Source: Thermomicrobiales bacterium (GTDB taxonomy: Bacteria > Chloroflexota > Chloroflexia > Thermomicrobiales > JALYUS01). Taken from it: a stretch of DNA of 33,322 nt. Positions 23,650 through 32,272 of this stretch are shown here, piece after piece; positions within the stretch are counted from its first letter, which is position 1; each line of letters starts with the position of its first letter. A program made the translations under genes and the position numbers. The stretch lies in contig JBBSII010000001.1 in assembly GCA_038232175.1 (NCBI GenBank), positions 1 through 33,322 of the forward strand. The letters run 5' to 3'. Below the pieces are notes generated by a model. It made no database searches and was not told the DNA's origin. It was given only the letters and a program-made list of their open reading frames with translations.

Positions 23650-25305
23650 GTGGCCGAATTGACCGGAGGGCAGGCACTCGTACAGTCGTTGAAACGGGAG
23701 GGTGTCAAAGTCATCTTTGCGCTTCCCGGCGTGCAACTCGACTGGGCATTCGACGCGCTCTATGACGAGAAAGAGAACATCAAGATCGTTCACACGCGCC
23801 ACGAGCAGGCGACGGCGTACATGGCGGATGGCTACGCCCGTACGACGGGTGAGGTTGGCGTCTGCCTCGTTGTGCCGGGGCCGGGGCTGCTCAACGCGAC
23901 CGCCGCGCTCTCGACCGCGTACGCCTGCTCCGCGCCGGTGCTCTGCCTCACTGGCCAGATCCAGTCCGACCTGATCGGCGTCGGGCGCGGGATGCTCCAC
24001 GAGATCCCGCATCAGTTGGAGATGCTCAAGTCCGTCACCAAGTGGGCGGCGCGCGGCATGACGCCGGAGGAAATCCCCGGCCTCGTGCGCGAGGCGTTCA
24101 GCCAGATGCGGACGGGTCGCCCGCGCCCGGTCGAGATCGAGGTGCCGCCGGACATCCTCGCCACCCCGCGCGAGGTCGAGTTGTACGCCCCCGAGAAGAT
24201 GGACCGCGACCGCCCCGCCGCCGACCCGGACATGCTCGACAAGGCGGCAAAGCTGCTCGGCGCGGCGAAAAGCCCGCTGATCGTCTCCGGTGGCGGCGTC
24301 CTTTCCAGCGGCGCGTGGAACGAACTGCGCAACTTGGCGGAGATGCTGCAAGCCCCGGTCGTCATGTCCCGCAACGGGCGCGGCGCGCTCTCCGACCGCG
24401 AATACCTCGCGCAGACCTCGCTCGGCGGGCGGGAGTTGCTCCCGAAGGCGGATGTCATCCTCGCCGTCGGCACGCGCTTCGTCGAACCCGCGACGCAGTG
24501 GGGCCTCACGCCGGAACAGACGGTCATCCACATGGACATCGACGATGAGGAGATCGGCCGCAACGTCGAACCCGCCATCGGCATCATCGCGGACGCGAAG
24601 GTCGGCCTCGCCGCCCTGGCGCAGCAGGTGGGCAAGTACAACACCGCCCGCCCCTCCCGCGAGGCCGAGTTGAGCGCGATGAAGGCGGCGATCAAGGAGC
24701 GGACGGACGCGCTGCAACCGCAGGCGGGCTTCGCCAACGCCCTCCGCGCCGCGATGCCGGACGACGCGATCCTCGTCAACGAGAGCACGCAGGTCGGGTA
24801 CTTCTCGAACTTCGGCTTCCCCGTCTACTACCCGCGCACCTTCATCAACTCCGGCTATCAGGGGACGCTCGGCTACGGCTACGCGACCGCCCTCGGCGCG
24901 CAGGTTGGCAACCCCGGCAAGAAGGTCGTCTCGATCAACGGCGACGGCGGGTTCATGTACAACGTGCAGGAGCTCTCCACGCAGGTTGCGTACGACATCC
25001 CGCTCGTCACGGTCGTCTTCAACGACAACGCCTTCGGCAATGTCAAGCGCATCCAGCAGGAAACCTTCAATGGCCGGACCATCGTCTCCGACCTGCACAA
25101 CCCCGATTTCGTGAAATTGGCGGAGTCGTTCGGGATGGCGGGCCTGCGCGCGAAGGACGCGAAGGAACTGGAGAAGACGCTCGGCGACGCGCTCGCGACG
25201 AACGCGCCCGCGCTCATCGAGGTGCCCGTCGGCCCGATGCCCAGCCCGTGGAGCCTGATGTGGGGCCGCGCGCAGGCGCCATCGGCGGTCGGGCCACGGC
25301 GGTAA
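23650..25305 (+). CDS. Thiamine pyrophosphate-dependent enzyme, acetolactate synthase-like family
   Basis: ELTGGQALVQSLKREGVKVIFALPG...HTRHEQATAYMADGYAR...VVPGPGLLNA, then the C-terminal TPP motif GDGGFMYNVQEL...NDNAFG. GTG 23650 is preceded by GGAGGG. Confidence 0.85.
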   Translation: MAELTGGQALVQSLKREGVKVIFALPGVQLDWAFDALYDEKENIKIVHTRHEQATAYMADGYARTTGEVGVCLVVPGPGLLNATAALSTAYACSAPVLCLTGQIQSDLIGVGRGMLHEIPHQLEMLKSVTKWAARGMTPEEIPGLVREAFSQMRTGRPRPVEIEVPPDILATPREVELYAPEKMDRDRPAADPDMLDKAAKLLGAAKSPLIVSGGGVLSSGAWNELRNLAEMLQAPVVMSRNGRGALSDREYLAQTSLGGRELLPKADVILAVGTRFVEPATQWGLTPEQTVIHMDIDDEEIGRNVEPAIGIIADAKVGLAALAQQVGKYNTARPSREAELSAMKAAIKERTDALQPQAGFANALRAAMPDDAILVNESTQVGYFSNFGFPVYYPRTFINSGYQGTLGYGYATALGAQVGNPGKKVVSINGDGGFMYNVQELSTQVAYDIPLVTVVFNDNAFGNVKRIQQETFNGRTIVSDLHNPDFVKLAESFGMAGLRAKDAKELEKTLGDALATNAPALIEVPVGPMPSPWSLMWGRAQAPSAVGPRR

Positions 25306-25308
25306 CGG

Positions 25309-25444
25309 CCCTAACCCCCCAGCCCCCTTCCCCACGGGGGAAGGCTGAGAGGGGATAATGAGACTGACTCCTCCCTTCTCCATCGCCCCTTAGCTTCGAC
25401 ATGTCATGGTTATTGCGGCGATGGAGAGGGGCCGGGGGGTGAGG
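25309..25444. repeat. Composite REP-like element (two nested palindromes)
   Basis: The order is ccctaacccccc, then hairpin cccccttcccc-a-cgggggaagg (25323-25344), then ctccatcgcc...ggcgatggagaggggccggggggtgagg (25370-25444). Confidence 0.85.
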
Positions 25445-25483
25445 AACAAAACTGGCCTTTATGCTCCTTCAAAGGGGTAACGC

Positions 25484-26023
25484 ATGACGCACGCTGCTAT
25501 CGGGCGACCGGCCGCCGACGAGTACCTCCCGTACTATGGCCAGTACATCCGTCTGGTGCCGGACGGCGATGTCGCCGAAATTCTTGCCCATCAGATTGAG
25601 GAAACCGCCGCGTTGCTTGCGGCATTCACCCCGGCGCAGGCGGCGTGGCGACCCGCGCCGGAAGAGTGGAACGCGCTCCAGATCGTCGGGCATCTGGCCG
25701 ATACGGAGCGTGTCCTCGCGTATCGGGCGCTGCGGTTCGCGCGTGACGACGCGACACCGCTGCCGGGAGTCGATTTTGAGGCATACGTCCCGGCGGCTGG
25801 CTTCGAGCGGCGGGCGTTCGCCGATATGGTCGCAGAGTACGCGGCGGTGCGCCACGCCACGGTCGCGCTCTTCCGCAGTCTCGACGCCGCAGCGTGGACG
25901 CGACGCGGGCTGGCCGATGGGCAGGCGATCAGTGTGCGTGCCCTGGCATTCGCCCTCGCGGGGCACGAACTCCATCACCTGCTCGATCTTCGGCGCTACG
26001 CCGCTGTCGCCGGGACGGCTTGA
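25484..26023 (+). CDS. DinB-family (DinB_2) metal-dependent protein
   Basis: Carries a HLADTERV...HELHH histidine pattern and has a four-helix DinB-like length of 179 aa. Confidence 0.8.
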   Translation: MTHAAIGRPAADEYLPYYGQYIRLVPDGDVAEILAHQIEETAALLAAFTPAQAAWRPAPEEWNALQIVGHLADTERVLAYRALRFARDDATPLPGVDFEAYVPAAGFERRAFADMVAEYAAVRHATVALFRSLDAAAWTRRGLADGQAISVRALAFALAGHELHHLLDLRRYAAVAGTA

Positions 26024-26057
26024 TACTGCCCTGTGCCGCGATGCAGAATGAGACGGC

Positions 26058-27176
26058 CTAGCCCATTGCTCCGCTTCGCACCAACCGTTCTGGGCGGAAC
26101 GGCTCGATGCGCGGGTCGATCTCGCCCGCCATGATCTCGCGCGCGACGATCCGGCCCAGCAGCGGCCCCATCGTCACGCCGCTGTGCGTGCAGGCGAGGT
26201 AGAGGCCGTCCATCCCCGGCACCGGGCCAACGACGGGGTAGCCGTCGCCGGGGATGGCGCGCACGCCGATGAGTGCAGCCAGGATTGGCGTGCCCGCCAG
26301 CGTGGGGAGGACGGCGACGGCGCGCTCCATTACGCGGTGCGCGGGTTCCGGCAGCGGCACGGTCGGCGTGTCGGCGCGCGTTGTCGGGTCGAAATCGGTC
26401 GCTTGCAGGCGGAGGCGACCGCCGCCATCGGGCCGGACATTGATTGCCGGGGAGTTAAGCACCGCCTGCAGCCGCACCGGCGCAGCGGCGGTGACGACGA
26501 GCATCCCGACCGTCGGCTCCATCGGCAGGTGGAACCCGGCGGCGCGCGCGAACTCCCCGCTCCACCGCCCGACGCAACCAACCACGACGTCCGCCCCGAA
26601 CCGTTCGCCCCCGTCGGTCACGACGCCGGTGACTCGCCCGCCGGATCGCGCAACCTCCGTCACGCGGCAGTTGGTGCGAATAGTTGCGCCCGCGCGCTCG
26701 GCGGCGCGGGCCAGCGTGCCGATGAGCAGCGGCACATCCGCGTACCCCTCCGACGGGAAGAACACGACCTGCTCGACACCGGGCGGCGGCACAAGATCCG
26801 GCTCGAAGGCGTGCAACTCGGCGGCTGTCAGCAGCTCCGCCTGGTAGCCCCACTCCCGCAACCGCGCCACCTTCTCCATCAGCGCGGCGTGCTCCGGCGC
26901 GTTCGCCGCCCACTCGATGTTGCCGTCCAGATGGAGCCACGGCGCGTCGCCGAATTCGCGCCGGAGGATGCGATGCTCCGCCATGCCGCCCGTGTTCAGC
27001 ACATGGTACGCGCGGGGCGGCTTGTTGTTCGCGTTGAGCCACGCGAAGCTCGCGCCCGATGTCCCGCCCGCCAACATGCCCGCCTCCAGCAGCGTCACCC
27101 GCGCTCCCGCCAGCGACAGTCGGTACGCAACGGACGCACCAATGATTCCTCCACCAACGACGACAACCTCAGTCAT
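26058..27176 (-). CDS. FAD-dependent oxidoreductase (DAO / glycine oxidase-like family)
   Basis: N-terminal VVVVGGGIIGASVAYRLSLAGARVTLLE dinucleotide-binding motif. 372 aa. Confidence 0.85.
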   Translation of the reverse strand: MTEVVVVGGGIIGASVAYRLSLAGARVTLLEAGMLAGGTSGASFAWLNANNKPPRAYHVLNTGGMAEHRILRREFGDAPWLHLDGNIEWAANAPEHAALMEKVARLREWGYQAELLTAAELHAFEPDLVPPPGVEQVVFFPSEGYADVPLLIGTLARAAERAGATIRTNCRVTEVARSGGRVTGVVTDGGERFGADVVVGCVGRWSGEFARAAGFHLPMEPTVGMLVVTAAAPVRLQAVLNSPAINVRPDGGGRLRLQATDFDPTTRADTPTVPLPEPAHRVMERAVAVLPTLAGTPILAALIGVRAIPGDGYPVVGPVPGMDGLYLACTHSGVTMGPLLGRIVAREIMAGEIDPRIEPFRPERLVRSGAMG

Positions 27177-27235
27177 TATTCGCCCTCTTTCTGCGCCCGC
27201 CGCAAACTTCTCGTCGCATCCAACCTCACAACTGA

Positions 27236-27276
27236 GTCACCCCCTCCATCGGAATGAAGAGGGGGCAGGAGTGAGG
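27236..27276. repeat. REP-like hairpin
   Basis: In gtcaccccctc-catcggaatgaa-gagggggcaggagtgagg the stem is ccccctc/gaggggg. Confidence 0.7.
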
Positions 27277-27285
27277 CTCGCTTCC

Positions 27286-28116
27286 CTACGAAGGATCGTC
27301 GCCGAGGGTGCTGCCGAGGCTGGCGGAGACCAGCGCCGCGCCCTCGCGGATCATCGCGGCGAGTGCGGGGCGGCGCTCCGGCCCGAGGCGTTGCGCCGGG
27401 CCGGATAGGCTGAGCGCGGCGATCACGCGGCCCCGCGCGTTGCGCACCGGCCCCGCGATGCCGATGAGGTCGTCCGCGCGCTCGCCACGGTCGAGGGCGA
27501 TGCCCTGGGCGCGCACCTTCGAGAGTTCGTTGTGCAGCGCGTCGTGCTCGGTGATCGTGCGGGTGGTGTAGCGGATCGGCGGCGCTTCCGTGAGCAGCGT
27601 CTGGATATCCGGCGGCTTGAGCCATGCGAGCAGGATCTTCCCCGCCGCCGTGCAATGCAGTGGCCCGTGCGAGCCGACCGGCGTGACGCTGCGAATCTGG
27701 CGGGCGCACTGCACGCGCTCAATCACCACGGCGGTGGAGCCGGTGCGAATCACCAGCGACACCGTCTCCTCCTCCTGCGCGACGATCCGCTCCATCACCG
27801 GCAGGGCAATCGCGCGGATGTCGAGCTGATCCTCCAGTGCGCGGGAGATGCGCAGCAGTTTTAATCCGAGGCGGTAGAGGCCCGTGCGCCCGTCCCGCGT
27901 GACGTAGCCCGTCTGCACCAGCGTGCCGAGCAGGCGGTACGTCGTGCTCGGGTGCAAGCCTGCGGCGTTGGCGACCTCGGTGAGCGAGGCGGGGCGGGGG
28001 AACGAGGCGACCCGTTCGAGGACCCGGAGCGCGCGCTCAACCGTCTGCATCGGCGCGCCCGTCGCGCCGGGGTGAACGAGTTCCGCGTCACCTGCGTCAA
28101 CCTTGACGGTTGCCAT
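27286..28116 (-). CDS. IclR-family transcriptional regulator
   Basis: VERALRVLERVA...ASLTEVANAAGLHPSTTYRLLGTLVQTGYV is the HTH, followed by an IclR effector domain. ATG 28116 (AGGGGG 8 nt upstream) is preferred over 28140. Confidence 0.85.
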   Translation of the reverse strand: MATVKVDAGDAELVHPGATGAPMQTVERALRVLERVASFPRPASLTEVANAAGLHPSTTYRLLGTLVQTGYVTRDGRTGLYRLGLKLLRISRALEDQLDIRAIALPVMERIVAQEEETVSLVIRTGSTAVVIERVQCARQIRSVTPVGSHGPLHCTAAGKILLAWLKPPDIQTLLTEAPPIRYTTRTITEHDALHNELSKVRAQGIALDRGERADDLIGIAGPVRNARGRVIAALSLSGPAQRLGPERRPALAAMIREGAALVSASLGSTLGDDPS

Positions 28117-28211
28117 GCACATGCCCCCTGGTTGTTCCATTCATTCGGCGCAAAGCGGATTGCACCCCGCGATTAGTGATACCATAGTTCGCGTGCGGAT
28201 GTCGAGATGGG

Positions 28212-28396
28212 GAGTAGCCGATGCCAGTAGCCAGTAGTCAGATGATATGGACGCGGCGTGCGGACAATTGCGGATTGCATGAGTGCGGAGCCTTCGCCGT
28301 ATCTGCTCGTTCAAGTCCGATTCGGAGAGAGTGACGCAAGACTCAAAGGTAGCAGCCACTAAATTACTGGCTACTGATACTGGCTACTGACTACTC
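28212..28396. repeat. Foldback element D: AGTAGCC-type heptamers (28212-28241) and the inverted array (28364-28396) around a ~122 nt core
   Basis: The arm gagtagccgatgccagtagccagtagtcag pairs imperfectly with ttactggctactgatactggctactgactactc. It lies in the IclR / ABC operon divergent region. Confidence 0.8.
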
Positions 28397-28402
28397 GACG
28401 GC

Positions 28403-28431
28403 TTGCATTCCTCTCACACGGCGCATATCAT
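28403..28431 (+). promoter_or_regulatory. Candidate sigma-70-type promoter for the ABC transporter operon (TTGCAT-17-TATCAT)
   Basis: The -35 ttgcat is at 28403-28408, followed by a 17-nt spacer and tatcat at 28426-28431, about 70 nt upstream of GTG 28501. Confidence 0.45.
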
Positions 28432-28500
28432 TTCATCACAGTGACATGGTACAAGGGTCTCTGCGTGAATCGGTCTTGAGCGTCGTCACGGAGCGGTTGC

Positions 28501-29532
28501 GTGCGCGAAGAGAGTGTGAAGCCAGCCCTCGCCGTTTCCGGCGCTGCCGCGCGCACCGGCGTCGGTGTGCGCGCGGGGAAGTATGCCTTTTCATACCTCC
28601 TGATCCTGCCGGCGGTGGTGATCCTCTCGCTCTTCCACATCTTCCCGATCTTCTACGCCTTCTACATCAGCCTGTTCAAGTGGAACGTCAGGAAGCAGTC
28701 CTTTGTCGGGTCGGACAACTACACGCGCGCCCTGCACTCCGAGGAGTTCTGGAACGCGATCAGGAACACGCTCTGGTTCGTGGTCGGCACAGTGCCAATC
28801 GGCCTGACCCTCGCGCTGATTCTCGCGATCATGCTCTTTCGCCCAATCGCCGGGCGTACGTTCTACCGTGTCGTCCTCTTCCTGCCGTACATCACCCCGC
28901 CGATCGCGATGGCGACGGTCTGGGCGTGGATGTTCCAGCCGGATCAGGGGTTCATCAACTTCTTCCTCGGCTGGTTCGGCATCGGCAAGCAGCGCTGGCT
29001 GCTCGACCCGCACGGCGTCTTCGAGATCGTGCTCGGCAACTTCGGCATCCACCTGCCCACGCTCCTGCAAGGGCCGAGCCTCGCGCTCGTCTCCATCATG
29101 ATCTACTCGCTCTGGAGTTCCATTGGCTTCGACACGATCATCTTCCTCGCGGGGCTTTCCAATGTGCCGAGGGAAGTGATCGAGGCGGCGCAGATCGACG
29201 GTGCGAACCAGTGGCAGATCGGCACGCGCGTGATCGCGCCACTGCTCAAGCCGACGATTCTCTTTCTGTCGATCATCTCCACGCTCCGCGCCTTTCAGGT
29301 CATCAACCCGATCATCGCGATGACGGGCATCAGCTCGCGCGCGGTGCGCACAGCGACGATCACTTATCAGGTCTTCGACGAATTCTTCCAGCAGACGCGC
29401 GTCGGCTACGGGGCGGCGTTCGCGATGCTGCTCTTCGTGATGCTCTTCATCATCACCCTCATCCAACTCTCCATCGGCGACCGGGGCGATGTGCCGCGAT
29501 TTGGTCGCCGCCGCAAAGGGGCGCAGACTTAA
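28501..29532 (+). CDS. Carbohydrate ABC transporter permease (MalF-like)
   Basis: Multiple TM segments. The EAA loop reads EAAQIDGANQWQIGTRVIAPLLKP. GGAG lies 7 nt before GTG 28501. Confidence 0.85.
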   Translation: MREESVKPALAVSGAAARTGVGVRAGKYAFSYLLILPAVVILSLFHIFPIFYAFYISLFKWNVRKQSFVGSDNYTRALHSEEFWNAIRNTLWFVVGTVPIGLTLALILAIMLFRPIAGRTFYRVVLFLPYITPPIAMATVWAWMFQPDQGFINFFLGWFGIGKQRWLLDPHGVFEIVLGNFGIHLPTLLQGPSLALVSIMIYSLWSSIGFDTIIFLAGLSNVPREVIEAAQIDGANQWQIGTRVIAPLLKPTILFLSIISTLRAFQVINPIIAMTGISSRAVRTATITYQVFDEFFQQTRVGYGAAFAMLLFVMLFIITLIQLSIGDRGDVPRFGRRRKGAQT

Positions 29533-30434
29533 TGGCGGTGCGCACGGCCCCCACGATGACCGAGATTGCCGATCATGCGGCGCGTCCGCAGTCCCGCGCA
29601 TTCCGGCAGGCGCGACAGCGGGCGCGGCGCAACCTGATCGCGCACATCCTGCTGATCATTTTCGTGCTCGGCGCGCTCTTCCCCTTCTACTGGATGATTA
29701 TCACGAGCGTGAAGCCACTCGCGGAGGCGATCAAAGCGCCCCCGACGCTTTTCCCGCAATCGCTCCAGCCAGGCAACTTCGGGGACGCGCTCAGCCAGGC
29801 GCCGTTCGGGCGGTACCTTGTCAACACGCTCTTCATCGCGACGGTGACGACGTTTTTCAATCTCCTGACCTCCGTGCTCGCCGCCTATTCCTTCGCGACG
29901 ACGGACTTCCCCGGCAAGCGCGTCATCTTTGCCTTTCTGCTGACGACGCTGATGATCCCCTTCGAGGCGATCCTCATCCCGAACTTCATCCTCATCAAGA
30001 ACCTGCACCTGTATAATACGTACTGGGCGCAGATCGTCCCGTGGACAGCGGGGACCTTCGGTATCTTCCTCGTGCGGCAGTTCTTTCTCAGCATCCCGAA
30101 GGAGATTTTCGAGGCGGCGGTGATTGACGGTGCGAGCCAGTGGGATATTCTCTGGAAGGTGGCGGTGCCGCTGGCGCGGCCCGCGCTCGTCACGCTGGCC
30201 TTGTTCAGCTTCCTCGGGTCGTGGAACTCGTTCGTCTGGCCGCTGATCGTGACGACGAAGCAGAGCCTCTTCCCGATCCAGGTCGGGCTGCGGCAGTTCA
30301 CGGGGGAGGCGGGGACGAATTACCCGCTCCTGATGGCGGCGACGACGCTGACCATCATCCCGATCGTCTTCCTCTACTTCTTCGTGCAGCGCCAGTTGAT
30401 CGAGGGCGTTGCGTCGTCCGGCGTCAAGGGATAG
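29532..30434 (+). CDS. Carbohydrate ABC transporter permease (MalG-like)
   Basis: FPFYWMIITSVKP... with the EAA loop EAAVIDGASQWDILWKVAVPLARPAL. Its ATG overlaps the upstream TAA by 1 nt (TAATG). Confidence 0.9.
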   Translation: MAVRTAPTMTEIADHAARPQSRAFRQARQRARRNLIAHILLIIFVLGALFPFYWMIITSVKPLAEAIKAPPTLFPQSLQPGNFGDALSQAPFGRYLVNTLFIATVTTFFNLLTSVLAAYSFATTDFPGKRVIFAFLLTTLMIPFEAILIPNFILIKNLHLYNTYWAQIVPWTAGTFGIFLVRQFFLSIPKEIFEAAVIDGASQWDILWKVAVPLARPALVTLALFSFLGSWNSFVWPLIVTTKQSLFPIQVGLRQFTGEAGTNYPLLMAATTLTIIPIVFLYFFVQRQLIEGVASSGVKG

Positions 30435-30444
30435 CCGGAATTTT

Positions 30445-30483
30445 CCTAACCTCCCCTCCCACGTCGGGAGGGATGAGGGGTGG
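30445..30483. repeat. REP-like hairpin
   Basis: The sequence is cctaacctcccctccc-acgtc-gggagggatgaggggtgg. Confidence 0.7.
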
Positions 30484-30506
30484 CTTTACACAAAGGAGTG
30501 GACACC

Positions 30507-32138
30507 GTGAGCGACACACTGTTTGGTAGGCGATTGAGCCGACGCACGTTGCTCGGTGGCATCGCGGGGACGGCGGCGACGGCGATCCTTGCGGCGTGCG
30601 GCGGCAGCAAGGCGACCGAAGCGCCGACAACGGCGGCGACGACCGCCTCCGGCGCCGCGACGACGGCTCCCACCAAGCCCGCCGCGACGACCGGTGCGGC
30701 GAGCACGAGCGCGCCCGCCGTGGCGACGACCGCGAGCGGCACCGCCGCGTCCACGACGGGGAGCGCGACAACGGCGGCGAGCGGCTCCGTCGCGGCCGGG
30801 GGCGCGACCCCCGCGACGGGCCTGACCGCCGGGCAGTCCGTCGTGGCGCAGAAGTTTGCGAGCACGGCGGGCGTGGGCAGCGACATCGACAAGATCGACA
30901 TTAAGGGGAAGACCATCGCGATTGACTTCTGGCACACACAGCAGAAGCAGAACGAGGACGCGCTGAAGAAGGTCGTCGCAGACTTCATGGCCGCGAACCC
31001 CGGTATCACCGTCAACCCGCAGTACGTCGGCAACTACACCGAACTGGCGCAGAAGTTGCAGGTCGGCATCCAGGCGAAGACGCTCCCGGCGGTCAGCGTC
31101 GGGTACGAGTCGAATGTCGCGGACTACATGCAGGGCGACGCGCTGCTGGACTTCTCGCCGTACATCAACAGCAAGACCTATGGCTGGACGAAGGACGACC
31201 TGAACGACTTCTTCCCCGGCTTTCTCGACCGCAACATCTTCCCGCAGTTCAAGAACCAGGTGCTCTCCGTCCCCTTCACGACTTCCGCGCTGATGCTCTG
31301 GTACAACCGCGACCTCCTCAAAGCGGCGGGCTTCACCGCCCCACCGAAGACGTGGGACGAGTTCAAGACGCAGGCGGCGGCGATTGTGAAGAACGGCAAG
31401 AAGGGCTACCCCGTCGCGGTGGACGCCTCCACTATCGATGGCATGGTCTTCTCCTACGGCAGCGACGTGATCAGCGACGACGGCAAGAAGGCGAAGTTCG
31501 ACACGTCGGCGGCGGTCTCTTCGCTCAAGGTGCTCGAAGACATGGTGAAGGCGGGCAGTGCATATCAGATCAAGCCCGGCTCCTTCGAGGATCAGGACGC
31601 CTTCGCCGCCGGCGACGCCGCCTTCATCCTCCGCTCGAGCACGACGCGCGCCTTTGTCGGCTCGACGATCCAGAACGACCCGAAGGACCCGTCGAAGGGC
31701 GACAAGTTCCAGTGGAGCGGCGCGATCATCCCACAGGGGCCGGAGAACCTGAAGACCCCCGCGACGACGATCTTCGGCGCGAACGCGATCATCTTCAAGT
31801 CCACGCCGGAGAAGCAGCTCGCCTCGTGGCTCTTCCTCAAGTACTTCACGGCGAAGGAGGTGACCTCCTACTGGTCCACGGCGTCCGGCTACCTGCCCGT
31901 TCGCCGCTCCGCCGCCGACTCCGAGTTCACCAAGAAGTTCTTCGCGGAGAAGCCCGTCAACCGCGCCGCCTTCGATGTCGCGCCGTACGGCAAGGGCGAG
32001 CCGAAGCAACTCGGCTGGCAGAAGGCGCGCGACTACATCCAGGACGCCCAGACGCAGATTCTCAATAAGCAGATCACGGCGGACGACGCCGCCAAGCAGA
32101 TCCAGAAGAAGATCAACGACGAACTCGCCAACGCATAA
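30507..32138 (+). CDS. ABC transporter extracellular solute-binding lipoprotein (family 1, sugar type) with a ~79-aa Ala/Thr-rich linker
   Basis: RRLSRRTLLGGIAGTAATAILAACGG combines a Tat-like RR and a lipobox. A low-complexity stretch follows, then an SBP_bac_1-like domain. AAGGAG lies 8 nt before GTG 30507. Confidence 0.85.
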   Translation: MSDTLFGRRLSRRTLLGGIAGTAATAILAACGGSKATEAPTTAATTASGAATTAPTKPAATTGAASTSAPAVATTASGTAASTTGSATTAASGSVAAGGATPATGLTAGQSVVAQKFASTAGVGSDIDKIDIKGKTIAIDFWHTQQKQNEDALKKVVADFMAANPGITVNPQYVGNYTELAQKLQVGIQAKTLPAVSVGYESNVADYMQGDALLDFSPYINSKTYGWTKDDLNDFFPGFLDRNIFPQFKNQVLSVPFTTSALMLWYNRDLLKAAGFTAPPKTWDEFKTQAAAIVKNGKKGYPVAVDASTIDGMVFSYGSDVISDDGKKAKFDTSAAVSSLKVLEDMVKAGSAYQIKPGSFEDQDAFAAGDAAFILRSSTTRAFVGSTIQNDPKDPSKGDKFQWSGAIIPQGPENLKTPATTIFGANAIIFKSTPEKQLASWLFLKYFTAKEVTSYWSTASGYLPVRRSAADSEFTKKFFAEKPVNRAAFDVAPYGKGEPKQLGWQKARDYIQDAQTQILNKQITADDAAKQIQKKINDELANA

Positions 32139-32153
32139 GGGCCGGGTTCAATT

Positions 32154-32249
32154 CCTCACCCCCGGCCCCTCTCGTACGGAGCCATCGCCCGAAGGTCGTA
32201 GCACGAGGCAGACCTGTTCGGCGATGGAGAGGGGAGGGGATTGGTGGGG
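32154..32249. repeat. REP-like palindrome (GCGATGGAGAGGGG subfamily) between convergent genes
   Basis: The sequence is cctcacccccggcccctctc...gccatcgcc...ggcgatggagaggggaggggattggtgggg. Confidence 0.8.
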
Positions 32250-32272
32250 CCATTGAGGCAGGGACAAACGCG

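Noticed and set aside
28300-28325. tRNA-like T-loop motif gttcaagtccga in the core of foldback element D.
   Set aside because: The flanking bases cannot form a T-stem, and no acceptor or anticodon arms can be drawn.
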